A DNA stretch of 64,000 nucleotides from contig PDIP01000020.1 of NCBI GenBank assembly GCA_002811645.1, positions 62,001-126,000 on the forward strand. Reading direction: 5' to 3'. The position numbers and the translations under genes were made by a program. The notes beneath the pieces were generated by a model. It did no database searches, was not told where the DNA came from, and saw only the letters and a program-made list of their open reading frames with translations. The number at the start of each line of letters is the position of its first letter. Position 1 is the stretch's first letter. Source of the DNA: Corallochytrium limacisporum Hawaii. Taxonomy: Eukaryota > Protista > Pluriformea. Positions 28,939-44,386 of the stretch are shown piece by piece.

Positions 28939-31900
28939 CTCCCCTCCCTCCCCTTCCTCTCCCCGTTTTCTCTCTTCTGCCTTTCACTCCCTTTCTCCCT
29001 CACCGTCTTCGACCCTCTATTTTTTGGATCCCCCTTTCTCATCAACTCCAAAAGAGTATTCGTGGGTTTTTTTCGAGGAAAGTGTTCCTTCACCTGCAAT
29101 TTCCCGGCATCAAGAACTTATTCGGTTGCTGGGCTCGGAGACCACAGTTAGCGGCTTGCTGTGGGCGCCTATTCTGGATTTCCCCTCTTGCGGCTTCCCG
29201 CTCCTTGTCCATTTTGTCCATTGACGCTCGCTCCACCTTCAGAATTCTTTAAATTCTTCGTGGGCTGCTGCGATATTGCGGGGAATGATAGAAGCACGGA
29301 GACGGTTTCACCGTTTTCAAAATTTTCAGCAGTACTGGAGCGCAAGGAGACGAAGGGCTAGGGACGAGAGCAAGCGCGATGCAGCCAGCCATATCAAATG
29401 GAGCTATTTCACTAAATTTGAAAAAAAAAGTTCGCGCGTCCGTCCGATAGCTAAAGGGACAACACCTAGCACTAGCAGAAACGGAGCTGAGCTGATAGTC
29501 ACCAGTTTTTTGAAGCTTACTGAATTAAAGTTCACATTGGGCTCTGAAGGATGCCATAAATGCCACATCATGGGCCCGGTCACACCCACCACTAATTGGA
29601 AAGGAAGGAAGAGATTGGAGAGATGAGAAAGGACACAATGAGCTGGGAATAAGCAGAACAACGAGCGAGCGCGGTGGGGAAGGTGGCGAGTGGAGGGTGA
29701 ACAAGGAGATAAAGCCAACCCATTATGCGTGAATCGTCGTAGGATTCGTCTCTTGTCCAAAAAGGACTGAACAGGAAGGAAAAGGAAAAGGAGAATCGCG
29801 AGGAAAACTATGGAGCTTGAGACGAAACGCGGAACAATTTCACACAAGTTCGTACGCAAAATAGTGTATCCGAATAGTATTCTATAATTGGGGGATGACT
29901 CTTTTCATGAAGTTCTACTACGTTTGAAACCGGTTTGTATCCCAGCCACTAAATAACAAAAAAAACACTATCTTGCCAACCTACCCACAGAGGAAAGAAC
30001 AAGGTCGTGGCCGGGTACGGACGGGTAAGGTGGAATGCAATTTTGTAACACAGAGAGAGATAGTTGGACACTCTCATGAGCCCATACAACCCAGTCAGTG
30101 GCGGGGAAATGCAATTTTTGAGAGTTGCCCTCTCGTGGCATTCCCCGGGGATTTATGTCGCAGGTCCGGTACCTTGACGGGTCGACCATCAAATTTTCGC
30201 AATTAGAGTGTATGATAGTTGTCTGACACCCAACAGTGAAAATGTTTCACGAAATTGATGTCGCCTGCTGCGCATCATCAGAAGTTTACCCTCAGTGTCC
30301 CTCGCCAAAGTTAGAAAGAAAGTCCGGAGCTCCATTTATTTTGATGGCGCCGAATTCCATAGATTCATTGCAGTCGACACAGGGTTCGAGAGTATTAAGC
30401 TTCGAAATTCGAACACTGGGCAGTTGCCTCTTTTACACAACTCTCTGGTTACTCTTTGAAGAAGGTGCCACACCAAAATTTCCCAGAGCAACAGAGAGGT
30501 TACAGAGACAGCGGAATCAGAGAAAGATTGATAGGTGGAATGAATGGGAACTGTTTAGTATAGATCAGGTATAACAAATGGAAAAGATATCATCCCGAAA
30601 TCGCATTCTTTTCCCAACAGCGTACATAGCCAGAAAGAACGACCGTCTGGCTATGAGTCTTGGTGTTCTCATTCATTTATGTCCCTTCATCGTTCGTCTT
30701 TCGTTTCGTCGGATTTAAAACTCACAGGCGCCTATCAAGCATTCCGGTACTATATGAATACTATGTGGGGGCGGACCAATGATGAAGAAGTACGAATAAC
30801 AACAAGTCAAGAACGTCAAAGGCACACGGGAGGGGAGAACAAAGAGATATAGCGTTTGAACACAAAGAGGAGATACCAATGAAACATATCCACTGAAGAT
30901 CAACTTTGGTGGAGACGGAACGAAATCAAGGAATGATAAATAGCAAGAGAACATAAAAAGATCAGAACGAGTAGCTTCTCTCCTCCAAAGGCGATACCTA
31001 CATTCCTCCGACGCAAGAATGAACGCAAACGATGCGAGACCGACGAGGGATTTCTCCGGACGATTCTCTCCGGTTCATCAAGAGCATCAGCAGTGTCTCC
31101 CCATAGCCATCAATGGCCATGCAATACGCGCGCACCATCACAGGAAGCACATGATAGAGTGCTCAGTATGCGGTTTGCTCCAGCGCCCTCTCGCTTTCTG
31201 ACTTTCCTACTATTGCCCCAATTCTCCCTGATTTCTCTCCTGGCACTCTGAGTTCCTCTGCGCTTCTCCCATCAGAAATGCTCTCTCCTGACTGCTTTCC
31301 CCCTTTTCCCATCAGGTAGAAATAGAGGGGAAAGGTGAGGGGGGCAAAGGGGGTAAGGGGGCGACAAGCGCTGGCACGCTTAGTACGAACTTTTACAACC
31401 TTTGCGGTTGCAGCCAGAGGGGTCCCCAACTATTTCCTGTCGGAAAGGAAATACAAGGAAAACATGCGCAGATTAACAAGGGGCCAGAAGTGCCAAGGGG
31501 GGTGGCCGTGGATGCGAGAGAATAAGGGCCGGAACTATGAAGTTAAGTACGAAATAAACAGAAGCAGCAAGACAACGGCCCAACACAAATTTGGTGCTGT
31601 TGATGAAATGCGAAAAGTGAATACAGTAGTAGATAATATATTACCGATAGACGGAAACCGCGCAAGATTGTGCGCCCCGCAGTGAGTGTCCTTTTCCTGC
31701 ATGTTCATGCTCAACCGAGTCCCCAAAGGACATGTCCTCAAACTGACCTCTATCCATTGCAGAGAATCAGACATGTATGGAAGGCGCATAACCTCACACC
31801 CACAATAAATCCCAAAGTGGCGTGTTAAAACGCAAATTTACACAGAGAGACACGTACACAGTTGTTCGAGCTCTGAAGAACTTCATCCACCATCAACACC

Positions 31901-34900
31901 ATCTGTGCCTATCATCATCAACAACAGACACCATCAACAATACCCGCACAGATTCATTTTCTCATCAGCATCAACACCACACATCCACCATCTTCCCACT
32001 GGTTGCGGATGCACATGGCATGGCCCGACAGAACATATAGACAGTGGAACACTAGGATCCTGATTGACGGTCAACACTTTTACGGCACCAATTTGTTCGA
32101 CGCAACAACTTACAACCGAAAAGCGCACAGCCATAGAGGTATCAGCGTCATCAGCCGTTTATGTACGGCCGGCGCATCCACGCGCTGAAATAATGAGGCT
32201 AACCATGTGGAGCTACGGGCGGAGCGTTACCCCCGCTCATGTTCAAAAGCATGCTGAGAACATTTGAACACAAGCCACCAAATCAAGGTCCAGAACCAGG
32301 CACACAACGGGCCGCACATCGCATTTACGCACGCGAACAACCGCACCACACAACAACCATTTTGTCAGCCCATGTTGCACGGCAAGATCCATCCACCAGG
32401 TGCCATAACCGTACCATACCCTCAATTGGGGATGTACATTTTTGTAGCCCATCAAAGACCTTCCCCATTAATCTCCACCGCAGCAACTTTCCCTATCGTC
32501 CATTCCGTCCGGTCCCCACTCCCATTTTTCCTCTCTTCCTCCCGTGCTTCCTATTCAATCGTCGCCTATCCTATCCGATCCTATCCTGCCTTTCATTTGG
32601 GTCTGTAATTATTCTTCCGTCTTTAAGCTCATTTTCCGTCTAAGCATTACTCCTTTCCTATAAATCTGCGGCAATGTCGGCTGCTCGCTTGAGTTGCGCC
32701 GTGCAGCAGAATTGCTACCAGGACAAACGAGAAGGTGCAATGTTTTAGTTACGTCTCCACTTGCTGGTGATGAAATTAATTCTCGACCATGTTGTGGCTG
32801 TCTCATAATTGCAACTTCTCCCTCAAGCACCAATTATGTGTATGCTATGAGCTGTACCGAAAATCAAGTAAGCATGGAGGAAGGATGGAAGGGACACTCA
32901 TGCACCTCGAAAGATGTATGCCGCTCCGGCCGGTAATAGATGGCGCGTCCTTCTATTCTCCGATTTGCAGCTGGCTTTTGGTGTACACATCGTGACCGCC
33001 GCCGGTCTGATGTTCAGCAAAGCTTCCGTGTCAGTACCATTCATAAACCGATCCAGTTGGCGAACTACTTAAGAACGTTTTGGGCAAAGTGAGCAGCGAA
33101 AAAATCGATAGCAGACAAGAGATGCAACTAGCATATCACAGGCCCCAAGTCAGGATAACCTTTTGAACCAATGTCATATGAGAATCGATTCCGAAAGGAC
33201 AGTGGGAATGCCTACGTTGCTGCTGACTTGCTCGCAAGAACGAATCCTGGTAAACGGCTGAGTCCCGACCTACGCCAATCATTGTTGTGCGTATTCACGG
33301 CGTCAGAAAATGCTAAGATCGAGGGTGTGTTCGAGTAGATTTGATTTGTTCTTAGTGTTTGTTAAGGATAGGGTAGGTCAGCAAACTCCGAAACCTGAGG
33401 GCGGCCGCTCTTGGGACGAGCTCACAGGTGAATTCGATAGAAACGACGAAGAAAAGTAATTTCAGTACCATATTGGATCACGGCAGCTGTCCGGGCACCC
33501 CAGGAGCTTCTGACCGCAGAACGACTTCTGTAAAAAATTGACAGCACTACAGTCTAACGCTGTATTAGTTTCCTCGGCTCTAATACAGGGACACTGTGCA
33601 CGGAATGTCCATCGGTTATAGCAAACATAGACCCAAAAGGATGTGGGCGATCAACCGCACACACTTCAGTACCCTCGTGAACCACGCACTATTGAAGGTT
33701 GCCATTGTGTAATGAGCAACGGGGACCAGTTTTCATTTTTCAAAGACACAATTGCTCATTGTAATAACCTCCGTGAACGAGAATGACATTTTCGGCAGCA
33801 ACTCTGGCGTGTGTGGACCTAAAAAATATCAAGCAGAGGAAAAAAAAGTCAGTCAAGAACGGCAGCAAACAAAATTTCTTCATTGTGTACTTCCATTGTG
33901 GTAAATTCAAAAAGGGACTCACACGGGCATAAATTATTCACTCTATTCTGGCTTTTCCTCTCCAATTAAGCATTGTATATTTGCAGCTGCTCAACAAAGT
34001 GTGTCATATCCATTTAAATTCTTCTGCGACCGGGTACAGGCGGAATCCATCTAGCATTACGTGATGGAAGTATAGAGTAGTGACAGGTCTTGTTCGTTAA
34101 GCAGCGCCTTTAGATAGAGTTCTCAGTTGATGTCCGCAGTCACTTTGACTAGATAGTCCAAATACGGGGCAGAACAAAGCGGGAGATCTTCCCGCAGACC
34201 ATGAAAATTTCTACGTAGCTTGCACGCCGGAGTTGAAGGATGGGGATTTGGTTACCATACAGATGATTGGGTTTTGTGCAGTTTGTATTGTCGGAGTTCG
34301 TGAAGCGGCGCTGGCTCCCATAGGGGCTGTGGATGTGTGTCAGGGCCTGTGCCACGGAATTGAATTGTTGCCGTAGTCAATATCCAGCAGACTATGACCT
34401 CATATACAGCGCTGTCCTGCGGTCGGCTGATTAGGTGCGCTTCTCTGGCCGTCTCGGACAGAAAGAGAATTAAATTTGCCGTTGCCCAGGGCCAAGCCAA
34501 CTGGTCCGATTGCTGGCAAACATCTGACTCGGCGCTCAGAAATAGATCAAGTGTGGTGATCCAAACTGGTGGACGGTGTCTGGTCAGTGGCAATAGAAAA
34601 CCTTCGTTCCTTCACCTTATGGTCAGTTTGGGAGGGCTCTGTAGGCTATCTGGCCACGATCACAGCTCCGTCCCGCGTCGCCAAAACAAGAAACCGTTGC
34701 AGAAATCGTTATTGAAAGATTAAGGGTTCTGTGCGGACTCTAGAACATGTTTTTACGATACCATCAGAACTGTGATAGTTTGCTGAGTAGATACGCCTAG
34801 CAGTGCATGCAGAACACATTAATGTAGAAGTGGACTATGCTAGCACAGCCATATCCCAATTCCAACACGATTCGCAGGGCTCGATTGAGGACATTTTCAT

Positions 34901-37337
34901 CAAGAAATCAGTTGGCTGATAAACATATGCAGACAGGAAATCTATCGTCATCACGAAGGATCAGCAATGGAAGCTGCTGCAGAACTGATATGATTCTGGA
35001 ACATGGAGCATCCAAGAACTTGCAAGCCGACTTCGCGACGTTGTACAGGGAACGTAATGCATTTGTATTCTGCAAACACTGTCCAGATCCCTATATGTGA
35101 TTGCACTGCGCAAGATCCTCATGCTGCGACCGACTTTGTGTAGGCGCTGAGAGTATGTTTATTGGTTACCAGTTGCAGAGCTGTTTCATTTTCTCTGGTC
35201 CGCCGAATTCGTCCCATTGTACGATTTGTAGACAATGCGATTGTAGAAAGTAGCACTGTAGAAGACTCTGGTTCTTACGACTACAGAGAAGGCACGATCG
35301 TGCTCTCCTCTGGGTAGCGGTGTATGGTAGGTTTGTCATTTCAGATCTTCTCCCAGACACAGCCGGATGTTCAACTAAGACAGGGCCTGACGCCAAATGG
35401 GTCTGCTGCCGGTTCTGCTGCTAATTTAACTTGCGGTGATGATGTCGAGGTCATAACTGGAAGCTTCCAGGGCCTACTTGCCCTCAGCATGGAGTCGCAT
35501 CCATACATTTTCATACTAGAGACACTGTAACCCGCAAAAATTGCGCATGCAACTGTGGAAACAGTCCTTTGTGTGGGTTTGAAGAGCTGCCACAAGGTTC
35601 CAAATGGGTACGCCATGACGAATGCCAGTGACGGAACACAGTGGGAGTCCCTAGACTCCAGGAACGTTAACGGGCGGGGGAGGAGCACGGCCACCAGACA
35701 CGAAAGCCAACCGATCCATTATTGAACCATGAGACCCGGTGCTGGAGACTGAACGAAAATAGGAGAGAGATCGACGATTTACGATGTCGAATAAATTACC
35801 TTCTCCGTCAAAACTCTGCCATTAACTTGTTCGTGTGCCCCTTGCTTTGACTTTACGAGCGCACATAAGTCATGCATTCATTCATTCATGCAATGCAACC
35901 TACGGCGTCCGGCGTCCGCACACTAATGTTCAACAGTACGGCTTGTATCGGATTGTTAACCGGAAACGAAGGAGGCTTTTCGCAATTCTCTGCTTGATTG
36001 ATTTGTTCATTAAAATTCATTCTTGGCACGGCGCGCGCACAGGGCTGTGGGGTTTCACAATGGCTTCTAGCTGTGACTACAGATGGTTTCCCCATATCTC
36101 TTCTCGTACGATGTGTCCATCATCCGCCAGCAATTTGCAAACGAAGAAACAAGTCATAATCGAGTTGCCATATACGAGTTCGGGTGTTGTTTCGGCTCGT
36201 TTGGCAGTCCGTCCTTTCTCTTATGCAGTCTTTCGTAGGAACAAGAAGAATGAGAGATCGCAAAAGGCAAACATCTGTAGTAGTAAACGTCAAAACACAC
36301 AAATATAGGCAGTTTTTTGATTTCTAGCATCAATGTACAGGAACGTATCTAGAGGTTAACATTTGTCTTTCCTTGCCGATCTGCCCGTCCCATTGTCCCT
36401 TCGTATTCGTCTTCTTTTTGTGTATATATTCGTCGCTGTCGTCGTCGCCCTTCTCTATCTTAAGCCGCTTTATCAAATTCTTAACGAAGCTTTTTCAGTT
36501 TTGTCGGGTAGGGACTGTTCGAGGGAATGATGAGCGCGACCTTCCACTTCTCAACAGGTCACTCCCTTGAACACCCACAGACATAGACATACCAACAGCA
36601 CACATGTATATCTGGATGAAAGTGATAGCAGAATCTCTACTATTCGGCGCTGTTGGTGTATTCATTATCCGACCCGCGTGCGCAAGCGTCTGGATAAACG
36701 TTGTGAGAACGTTGCTGAAGTAATTTCTGGGATATGTGTTACACCAGAAGGTTGCGGCTTTGCTAATTGTATTCTTTCTGATGAATAGTTTGGGAGATGT
36801 AGTCGAGCAGCACGGCATCGTGTTCTTGCTTATTCCCAGATTCTGTGGCTCTGTTTCAAAATGCCTACACATTTTTGCCACTCGCTCGAATGCCTTCCAG
36901 GTTTACTGCTATGTTTAGAGCGAGGCTGCACTTTTTCTTCTGAAATGGATACAGACTCAGACGAGGATGCGTTGTGGGCTCTCCTACAGACCTTGTCTGC
37001 CGTCGATGGCGATGAAGAAAAGATTGATGAGTTTTGATTTGGGTGATGTATGTGGTATGGATGATGGAAAGGAAGGGGGTTGCGACCGATTCCACGTATG
37101 ATATGTATGTCTCGGACTCAAAACAGCGGGGATATTAGTGATGAAACGAAAACGCCCCATCCGCAACGTGCAGGTGCATCCGGCGCCAATCCGTGGACAA
37201 AATTTCTCAATTGCCTTATCCTCACTTCTGTGGGTCTTCCCTGTCACCTGAGAGAAACCTTGCGGGAATCACCTCACTTCTGATGGCATATTCGTCTGTG
37301 TGCCCGTGCAGCTTCTATGCCGTTGTGTCTGGACAAT

Positions 37338-37361
37338 GGTGGTGGTGGTGGTGGTGGTGGT
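37338..37361 (+). repeat. (GGT)8 microsatellite
   Basis: Directly visible. Confidence 0.95.
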
Positions 37362-40300
37362 GAGCATAATGAATTCCGTATTACCGGAACGAGAATCCTC
37401 TTGGCGTGCCAGAGGCCAACTTTGTCCGAGTATACAACTGGGGGATACGGGTGAACCTCGCGCACATCTCTAACTGTCTGCAACTTATATTGGACTATTT
37501 GAGAATGTGTGAAAATTGTTGCAGACTACAAAAAAATTCAAATTCAAAATATCGGAAGTTCGGGACCACTGAGGTTGGGTCGCCGTCGATATGCGATAAA
37601 TAGTTTGGTAGGGCGGTCGCCACTCTACTGTCGCCTTTGCCATTTCCAAAAGAAGTTAAAGAATCTTGTGCGGTCATTCGGTGTGGCATATGGTTCCTGT
37701 TGCAAAGGAATAGCGCCACCCCCGCATCCACCCGCTATGTGTCATTACCTTCTGACACTTCCTCGTCACCTCTCTGCTTTTGCCAAGTTTTGCGGCTTCT
37801 GACATCGTTGGTTTATTCCTTTCTCATTTCTTGAAACTCTTCGGCAAAGTCCCTTAAGGAAGGGAAAGTAATGAGGGGGTGGAATGCGCAGAGTGGAGTT
37901 ATGTGATTCTATCCTGGAGAGGTATTCCGTAACGGTGTTCGAACCCTTTGGGATCCACAGACAGGAGAACACGCAAGAATATGAAGCAAATGTGAAATGG
38001 CTAGCAATTGCCATAGACATGGCCTACTACGGTAGTAACTCTTTGGAACAGGTGGCCCTGGTATAGATAAGACGAAAACCCAAGACAGAGATAAAGGTGA
38101 AACTGTGGGGAACGGTAAGAAACCGTGGAATTGGTATTTGTATGTTTGTTCCTTCGTTTTGTCCTCCATATCTCCCTTCCTCCCCCTTTTAATAATTTGT
38201 CATATTTTCGTTGACTTTCCTTTTAATTTTTGAGGAAATGACAGTTCCATCTCCTCCCAGCTTCCTTACGGCCAGCTCACTTGCAGCGTGCTGAGTGAAA
38301 TTTCTTCAAAACGGAAACAATTTAGGACAGGAGACTACTCCAGCCAGCAAAGCCGGTGTCTTCAAGCTCGCCAACCCCGTTACTGTACAATCCTCCTCGG
38401 AGATGGAGCTGACCATATAACGACGAAACTTGTATATTGGAATGACAAAGGATTCCAATAATTGTAGCAGAGCCATTATATATTTAGCAATACCTTTCCT
38501 CAAAATTATCACTTTTGTCCAATCCGAATTGTTTAAAATTTTTGTCCAGCTATAACAGGATCCTGCTTGCAACAATAAGAAAGTAAGAAGAGGAAATCAG
38601 TTTAGATTGATGTACAACTTGTTCTAGGCGCTGCTTGCAACTATGTGACATATAGGTTACATTTCACTGCTGATGCATACCACCCTAGTCGAATCCAGGC
38701 AGAGGAATAGTAAAAAAGTCCATATAATTTCCATATCAACGGTGACTTCTGAATCTCGAGTCCATTCCTTTCGTAAGCAACGTACGAGAGTGTACGAAAA
38801 CATAAGTCTTGCCAAATACACCTCGTGTCCTTCTCTTCTTGACCACCGTCGTACTCGAATTCGGCCCAGTTCATTCATTATAGTGTGTGGGTCGAGAGGC
38901 TCTGTCATGAGCACTACCATGTGACGTACCAAGTTTCTCGGTGGTGCCAGTAAATGGAAAGAGAGAGACGTAGCGCAAGTGTAATTTCTTCATTAAGGAG
39001 AATACCGGACATGGTCAGAAGTGTCGAAAGACTGCAAACTGCTGAAATCCGCCACACACCCTTTTGGGATAAAGCATGCGTGGCGCGTGCCCCACCGTGC
39101 GCCATGCAAAGGAGTAACTGGTAAGCCCCTCCTTTCTGTCGTTCATCACCAGTCCAACCTTTAGTGCCACAAAACAGCAATACATAGCCTTACCTGGTCG
39201 CCAACCGGACATTTCCAATCCAAGCGTCATTTGATGAAACGCCACCTGTAGACTGAGAGTGACACAAGGGAAGTTGATATGTTGGAACCATTAGACTTGA
39301 TGGCATATTCACCATATCCTCTTAACTCGTTTTCGTGACGAGCGATTCCCAACGGGGCAGTGTTGTTGACGGGCCCTTACGTTGTCTCCGCCGGGCCATA
39401 GTATGGACGACTTGCAAGTATCGACAGGAAAAATTCAAATGTCCGCTATTTGAAATTCGATCCCCTCCATCCCTCGAATGCTCTCCATGCTGAGGGCAGT
39501 TTGTACATGTTCTTACATACACAGGTTTGCCAAACAGAACAAGGCGTTGGGCTCTACGGTTGAAAACAGAATGATTGGCTGGCGGGTCGTCAATGCTTGC
39601 GCCTCACCCTTTTGTCGAGTTCACGAAAATTCATACTAAAAAATGAATGGGCGCGAGCGAGCACAGCCATCGAAGAGTGATGTTAGTCCTTCACAGGAAA
39701 GTGGTTTCTCGTTACTTCTTTCCCCTAAGCTCTCCTTTTTTTCTCACCGGAGCATTGGCACTAACTCATTGCTATTATTGTTCTTGATTTCACCTCCTTG
39801 AGCATAGTCAATTCCAAAACTCCGAAGTTCACTACGTGCTTACATAGAGTTATCACTTGCACTTGAATGTGGCGCATGTTTCATTGGTGGAGACGATTTT
39901 GATATCAGGTGAGGCCTTTTGTATCATGTTGATCGGCCTGCCTGCTGGGTGGCTTTGCCGACCGAACCTCTGGGACATTCAACGCCAGTAACGACAGAAT
40001 AATCGTTTAGTGCCAGGAGAGCCAGATGAAAATAACGAATCTAGCCATAAAGCATCAATGAAGCATTTAGAATCCCAAGAACACCTAACGCCTTCGTCCT
40101 CCACATAAGTGGTTGGTCGTACATAGAAATCTCTATGAAGTTTTAAATCTAAAACAATTATGAACGATGCAAGTCAATGCATTTTTTTTACTTTTTCGAC
40201 GTAGTGAGCAGCAGGGATCCCTTAATTCCCGGACGGTAGACAAGCTATTTGCACCAGTTTCATCCGGTGATGAAATGAATCGAATTGCATATCGTCAACT

Positions 40301-43300
40301 TTCATTATCACTTCCGCTTCATCAGTCCATGTGTGCACCCACTCCTCAAGTCATTGTGTCCGTTCATCAATCCCAACCATCAATTCATCGAATTTTCTAT
40401 TACGATGTGAAAACATGCAATTAAACTACTGACACACACTGCATGTCTCTCCGTGGTAATCCACAACGGAGAAAATAGTTGGTGCTGCGCACATGAATTT
40501 ACTACTCGAAGACCAACAAACCATCAGCTCATTTCTTATCATATTTGACACGACCACATATCTCAGAACGCCCAACCCAGTGTGGTTATCTATCTTTTCT
40601 TCTCTTCATTTGCATTCTTTTTAGGCTGGGACCAGCGCGCACTTGTCACGGACACAGGATACAGCCATTCAACGGTCTCACCATGGTCTATCAAACCCCG
40701 AAGACATCCCAAACTACCAATACCAACGCAGGTATGGACATCACGGAGACCCACCAATCCTTAGTCAGCGAACATTTTGGGATGTGGGTGTGAAGGGCAA
40801 CTGAAAGAATTAAAATTTTGCGGTCTGCGGAGCTTTTTCGGTAGGCTGGGAGGGACATCTTTGTGAAGAAGGTATTGACTGCATACGTGTAAACTGTCTG
40901 CGCAGTTTCGCCCGCCCCCCGCGCAGCCCACTTCAGCTCGTCAATGGCGCCTTTTCCGTTTCGTCGTGGGCGGGTGTTTTGATCAACAAGGCACTACGTA
41001 CGTACCCTTTATCTATGGCCCGGGCACTCATTAAAACTTGCCAAACGGATACACCCATGCAATTCCGCAAGAGGCGGAGGACAAGGCAAACCCGGCCAAC
41101 TCACAAGAGTCTCCCCACAGTGCAGGACTTAGTTCAATGTCTACTCTCTATCTGTGGGTTTTGTTTCGTTTTCCGAACGGAAAAGAGGCGCCCGAACACT
41201 CTGACCCGCGCTTTCAGACGAGCTCGGTGGGTCTCTCCGAGACACACAACAGCTGCACCGTCAACAGTAACTGTACTGTTGACACTACTTCCATAGCCCC
41301 ATATGTTCAGTTTGGGTATTCATGGATGGGGGTGTGCTGCGTTCTCAGCTCGAGCTGACACCCAAAGCAGTTTTACGCCAACAACGACCCAGCGGAATGT
41401 AAGTGAGTGCGGTTTTGGACAACTGAGACGGGATCGCCGACACTGAATATTCTGCAATTTTATATCATCGCAGGCGTTCGTGCCGCTCTCCGCTCCGCCA
41501 ACTCCCATTGGAATGTTCTTGACTTAAAAACATAGGAAGTCGGTTACTCGTCTTCGCTGAAGCAGGAACCTTTTCGGGCATGGAACCTTGTCAGACTGTC
41601 TTTTCAAGCTCAGTCCCCTTCCGAGAATTTTGATTTCGGCATTATTTGTATGCAATATGTATGGATATTTACCCTATGTTTTCGAAAGCCTTCCATTTCT
41701 TCACACGTTGACTACAAGAGTTGATATGGGCTTTACACTTACTGCTGTCACAACGAACAATCGAAACGATGCCAGGGCCCCAGTCAGTCAGAATTTGGTC
41801 ACACCTTTTTCCATGCCCTTTACCGTGTCTTTCCAATTTCAGACCCTGTTCGAGCCTCACCCTCCTTCTGCGGTCCTTCCTCTCCGTTGAAAATTAGCGT
41901 TGCAATTCCACATTCTTGCTGTTTTGGCTGCAAGTCATTAATTTTATCATAGGAAATGTACCACACTGCTACCACATCTACTGACAGATGTGGCCCCAGG
42001 GCCACATATCTTGAGATGGCGGCTTGTTTACGTGACATACAATGCCAACTGCTGAGCACAAAAGATCCTTCAAAGGAAGAACCAAAGAAGGGGGTACTAG
42101 CCTTCGCCACCCTCGTATGCGTAGCAGTCGTACTACCTGTCCCGCTACTACCCATCCTCAAGGTACTTTTGTTGTACCAAAATTGCCATTCGAAAGGATA
42201 GTAGCTACGAACCGATGAAGAAGAAAGGATAGGAAGAAAGAGTCTGTACTACAAGAAACATACCGGACAAAAATGCCAGACAAGACACTATAATTGAATG
42301 ATGATGTTAGCGTACAGATTGACCGTCTGCAAGTGGATCGGGAATGAGGTGTAGGTTGGCGATTCCGTTCTTGCACTATGTTCCTACCGTGACTGGACCA
42401 TAACTGGCCCTTATGTCTGGATGTTCCATGTTGACAGCGAGAGTGGGGCTCTGTCCAAATCCGTACGCGAGAGTCCAGAGTGTGGCAACGAAATCGAGCT
42501 CTCGTTCGAAAGTTGACCATGGAAACAAGCTTGTAAGCGCTGCGGACTTTCTGTGGTAGACGGAAGGCAGGCTAACCAAAATTGAGGCTTGCTTGTGGGG
42601 GGTGGTCCCACATTCCAGATTCCTCTCTGGCAATATGAGAGTTTTGCGGTTCGGCTCTAGGGTTTTGATTTATTCTGCAGATCGATGGCAGAGCGGTTTC
42701 TCCACAAAGCGACACCTCCCTGATTCTATGAACCAATTCTGACGTGGTAGGCAAACGGAAGGACGGGAGGTGATTTCTCTTGTGTGACGATGGCGCACTT
42801 CCGACTGTACAGTCTAAAGCTGAGATGTTCTTTGTCTTGTTCCAGCTGCAAACTCATGCGGAGCATTTGGATCAATATATTGGAACTTGGGCTTGAAGGA
42901 GACATCCCGTTCTACCGCGTACTTCAGATCAGCGTCATTCTACTTCTTTGAGATTCCTATGTTGCAGGTATTAGCGTTGTTAACAGCAGCCATTGAATGT
43001 AATGTAAAGCTCACGCTCGCTTTACGACAAGGAACATATTTGGAAGCCAGCTGATTTTGGTGTATAATCGTTGTATGACAACCCACTTCAGCATTGCAAC
43101 CAACTAGATGATGAGTTCCCTAACTGGAAGTACCTTGCCATCAAAATCGCCAGTGTCCGCGACATCCACGCATTAACAAAGAAAACTTCTTTGAAAGCCA
43201 AAACTTCTTGATGATCTCAGATAGAGAGCGCCCCCACAGTCATTGCCCTTAAGACTGCCGATATGAGTGAGCGCACGGAGAATGTGCTCTGTAAACCTGG

Positions 43301-44386
43301 AGGAAAATGGTAAGAAAATGAGTAGGTATTAGACGTTCTACATTTCCTCTGCGTGCTTCAATTATCGTCAGATTCTACGGCCTCTGCACCATCGCTCAAA
43401 GTGCGGGCCATTCTTTCTTTCACTGCCACCACGGTCAGCAAGATTCGCGCTGTATCTCTACCATCTAGTTTGTGTACATCCCGCACCACTGGTGTGTCGA
43501 GGATCCCCGCCTTCTCTCCATGGCCCTTGTTTTTGGTTCACGAAGCCCTATGTTCAATCGTCAGATCCTAAACAAGCGAACCAAGGATCGTGAGATCATC
43601 TCCACCGTCATGATCATCCACCCCACCAACGGATCACGGAACATGCTGAACGACGGGTGAGGCTGATGGGTGTGGTGGAGCTTGAGAGCGTGACTTACCT
43701 ATGGACTCTCCTTGCTGCTGTGCTCTATATGCTCGGGTGTACCAGTCGATGTACCGGAGTCTTGGGTTGCGCCCAGAATCCAGTGGAACACCCGATCCTC
43801 TTGGCACCATCCACACTGCTGCTGTATCGCCGATGGTGACTCTGATCCATCTACATCACAACATCGATGGTGGATGAAGGTACCCTCTTTGGACTGGCTT
43901 GTCAAGGTCGTTGGTTGTTGCGAAGAAGCCGTCGAAAGGAGTCGGTGAATTACCAAGTCCGTTTGTCTTTTTGTGCTATCTCTGTGGGCGACGGAATGTG
44001 CATTGTGACAACTTGTAGAAGCCGAGCACAAGCTGATGGCTCCTCGAGGCAGGAGCATCCGCTATCAGCGACAAGGGTAGCCGTCAGGCCATTTTGTCTG
44101 CTGGGCAAGCAGAGCCGCCGGCAAAGGGGTTACCACATGCATGTCCCTGAACAGGCCAACAGAATTCACAGCATCCTATTCTTTCTGACGGCTCTCATCG
44201 ATTGTTTGGCCGGAATTCCGCCCAGCAGCGGCCGCCTTTCAACCATGGCCACAAGCAGTTATTCCATGGTAGCAGTGCGATGAATACTCAGCAACCGCCT
44301 GGGCATAGGTACTAGCTAGACGCCCGACACACCCCGATCCCTATATTGCACCCCTTGCATACACTATCAGCGGAGTCCCAGCTGAG

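Noticed and set aside
39189-39200. CTTACCTGG resembling the U1 snRNA 5' end
   Set aside because: Downstream sequence lacks the U1 stem-loop motifs and Sm site.
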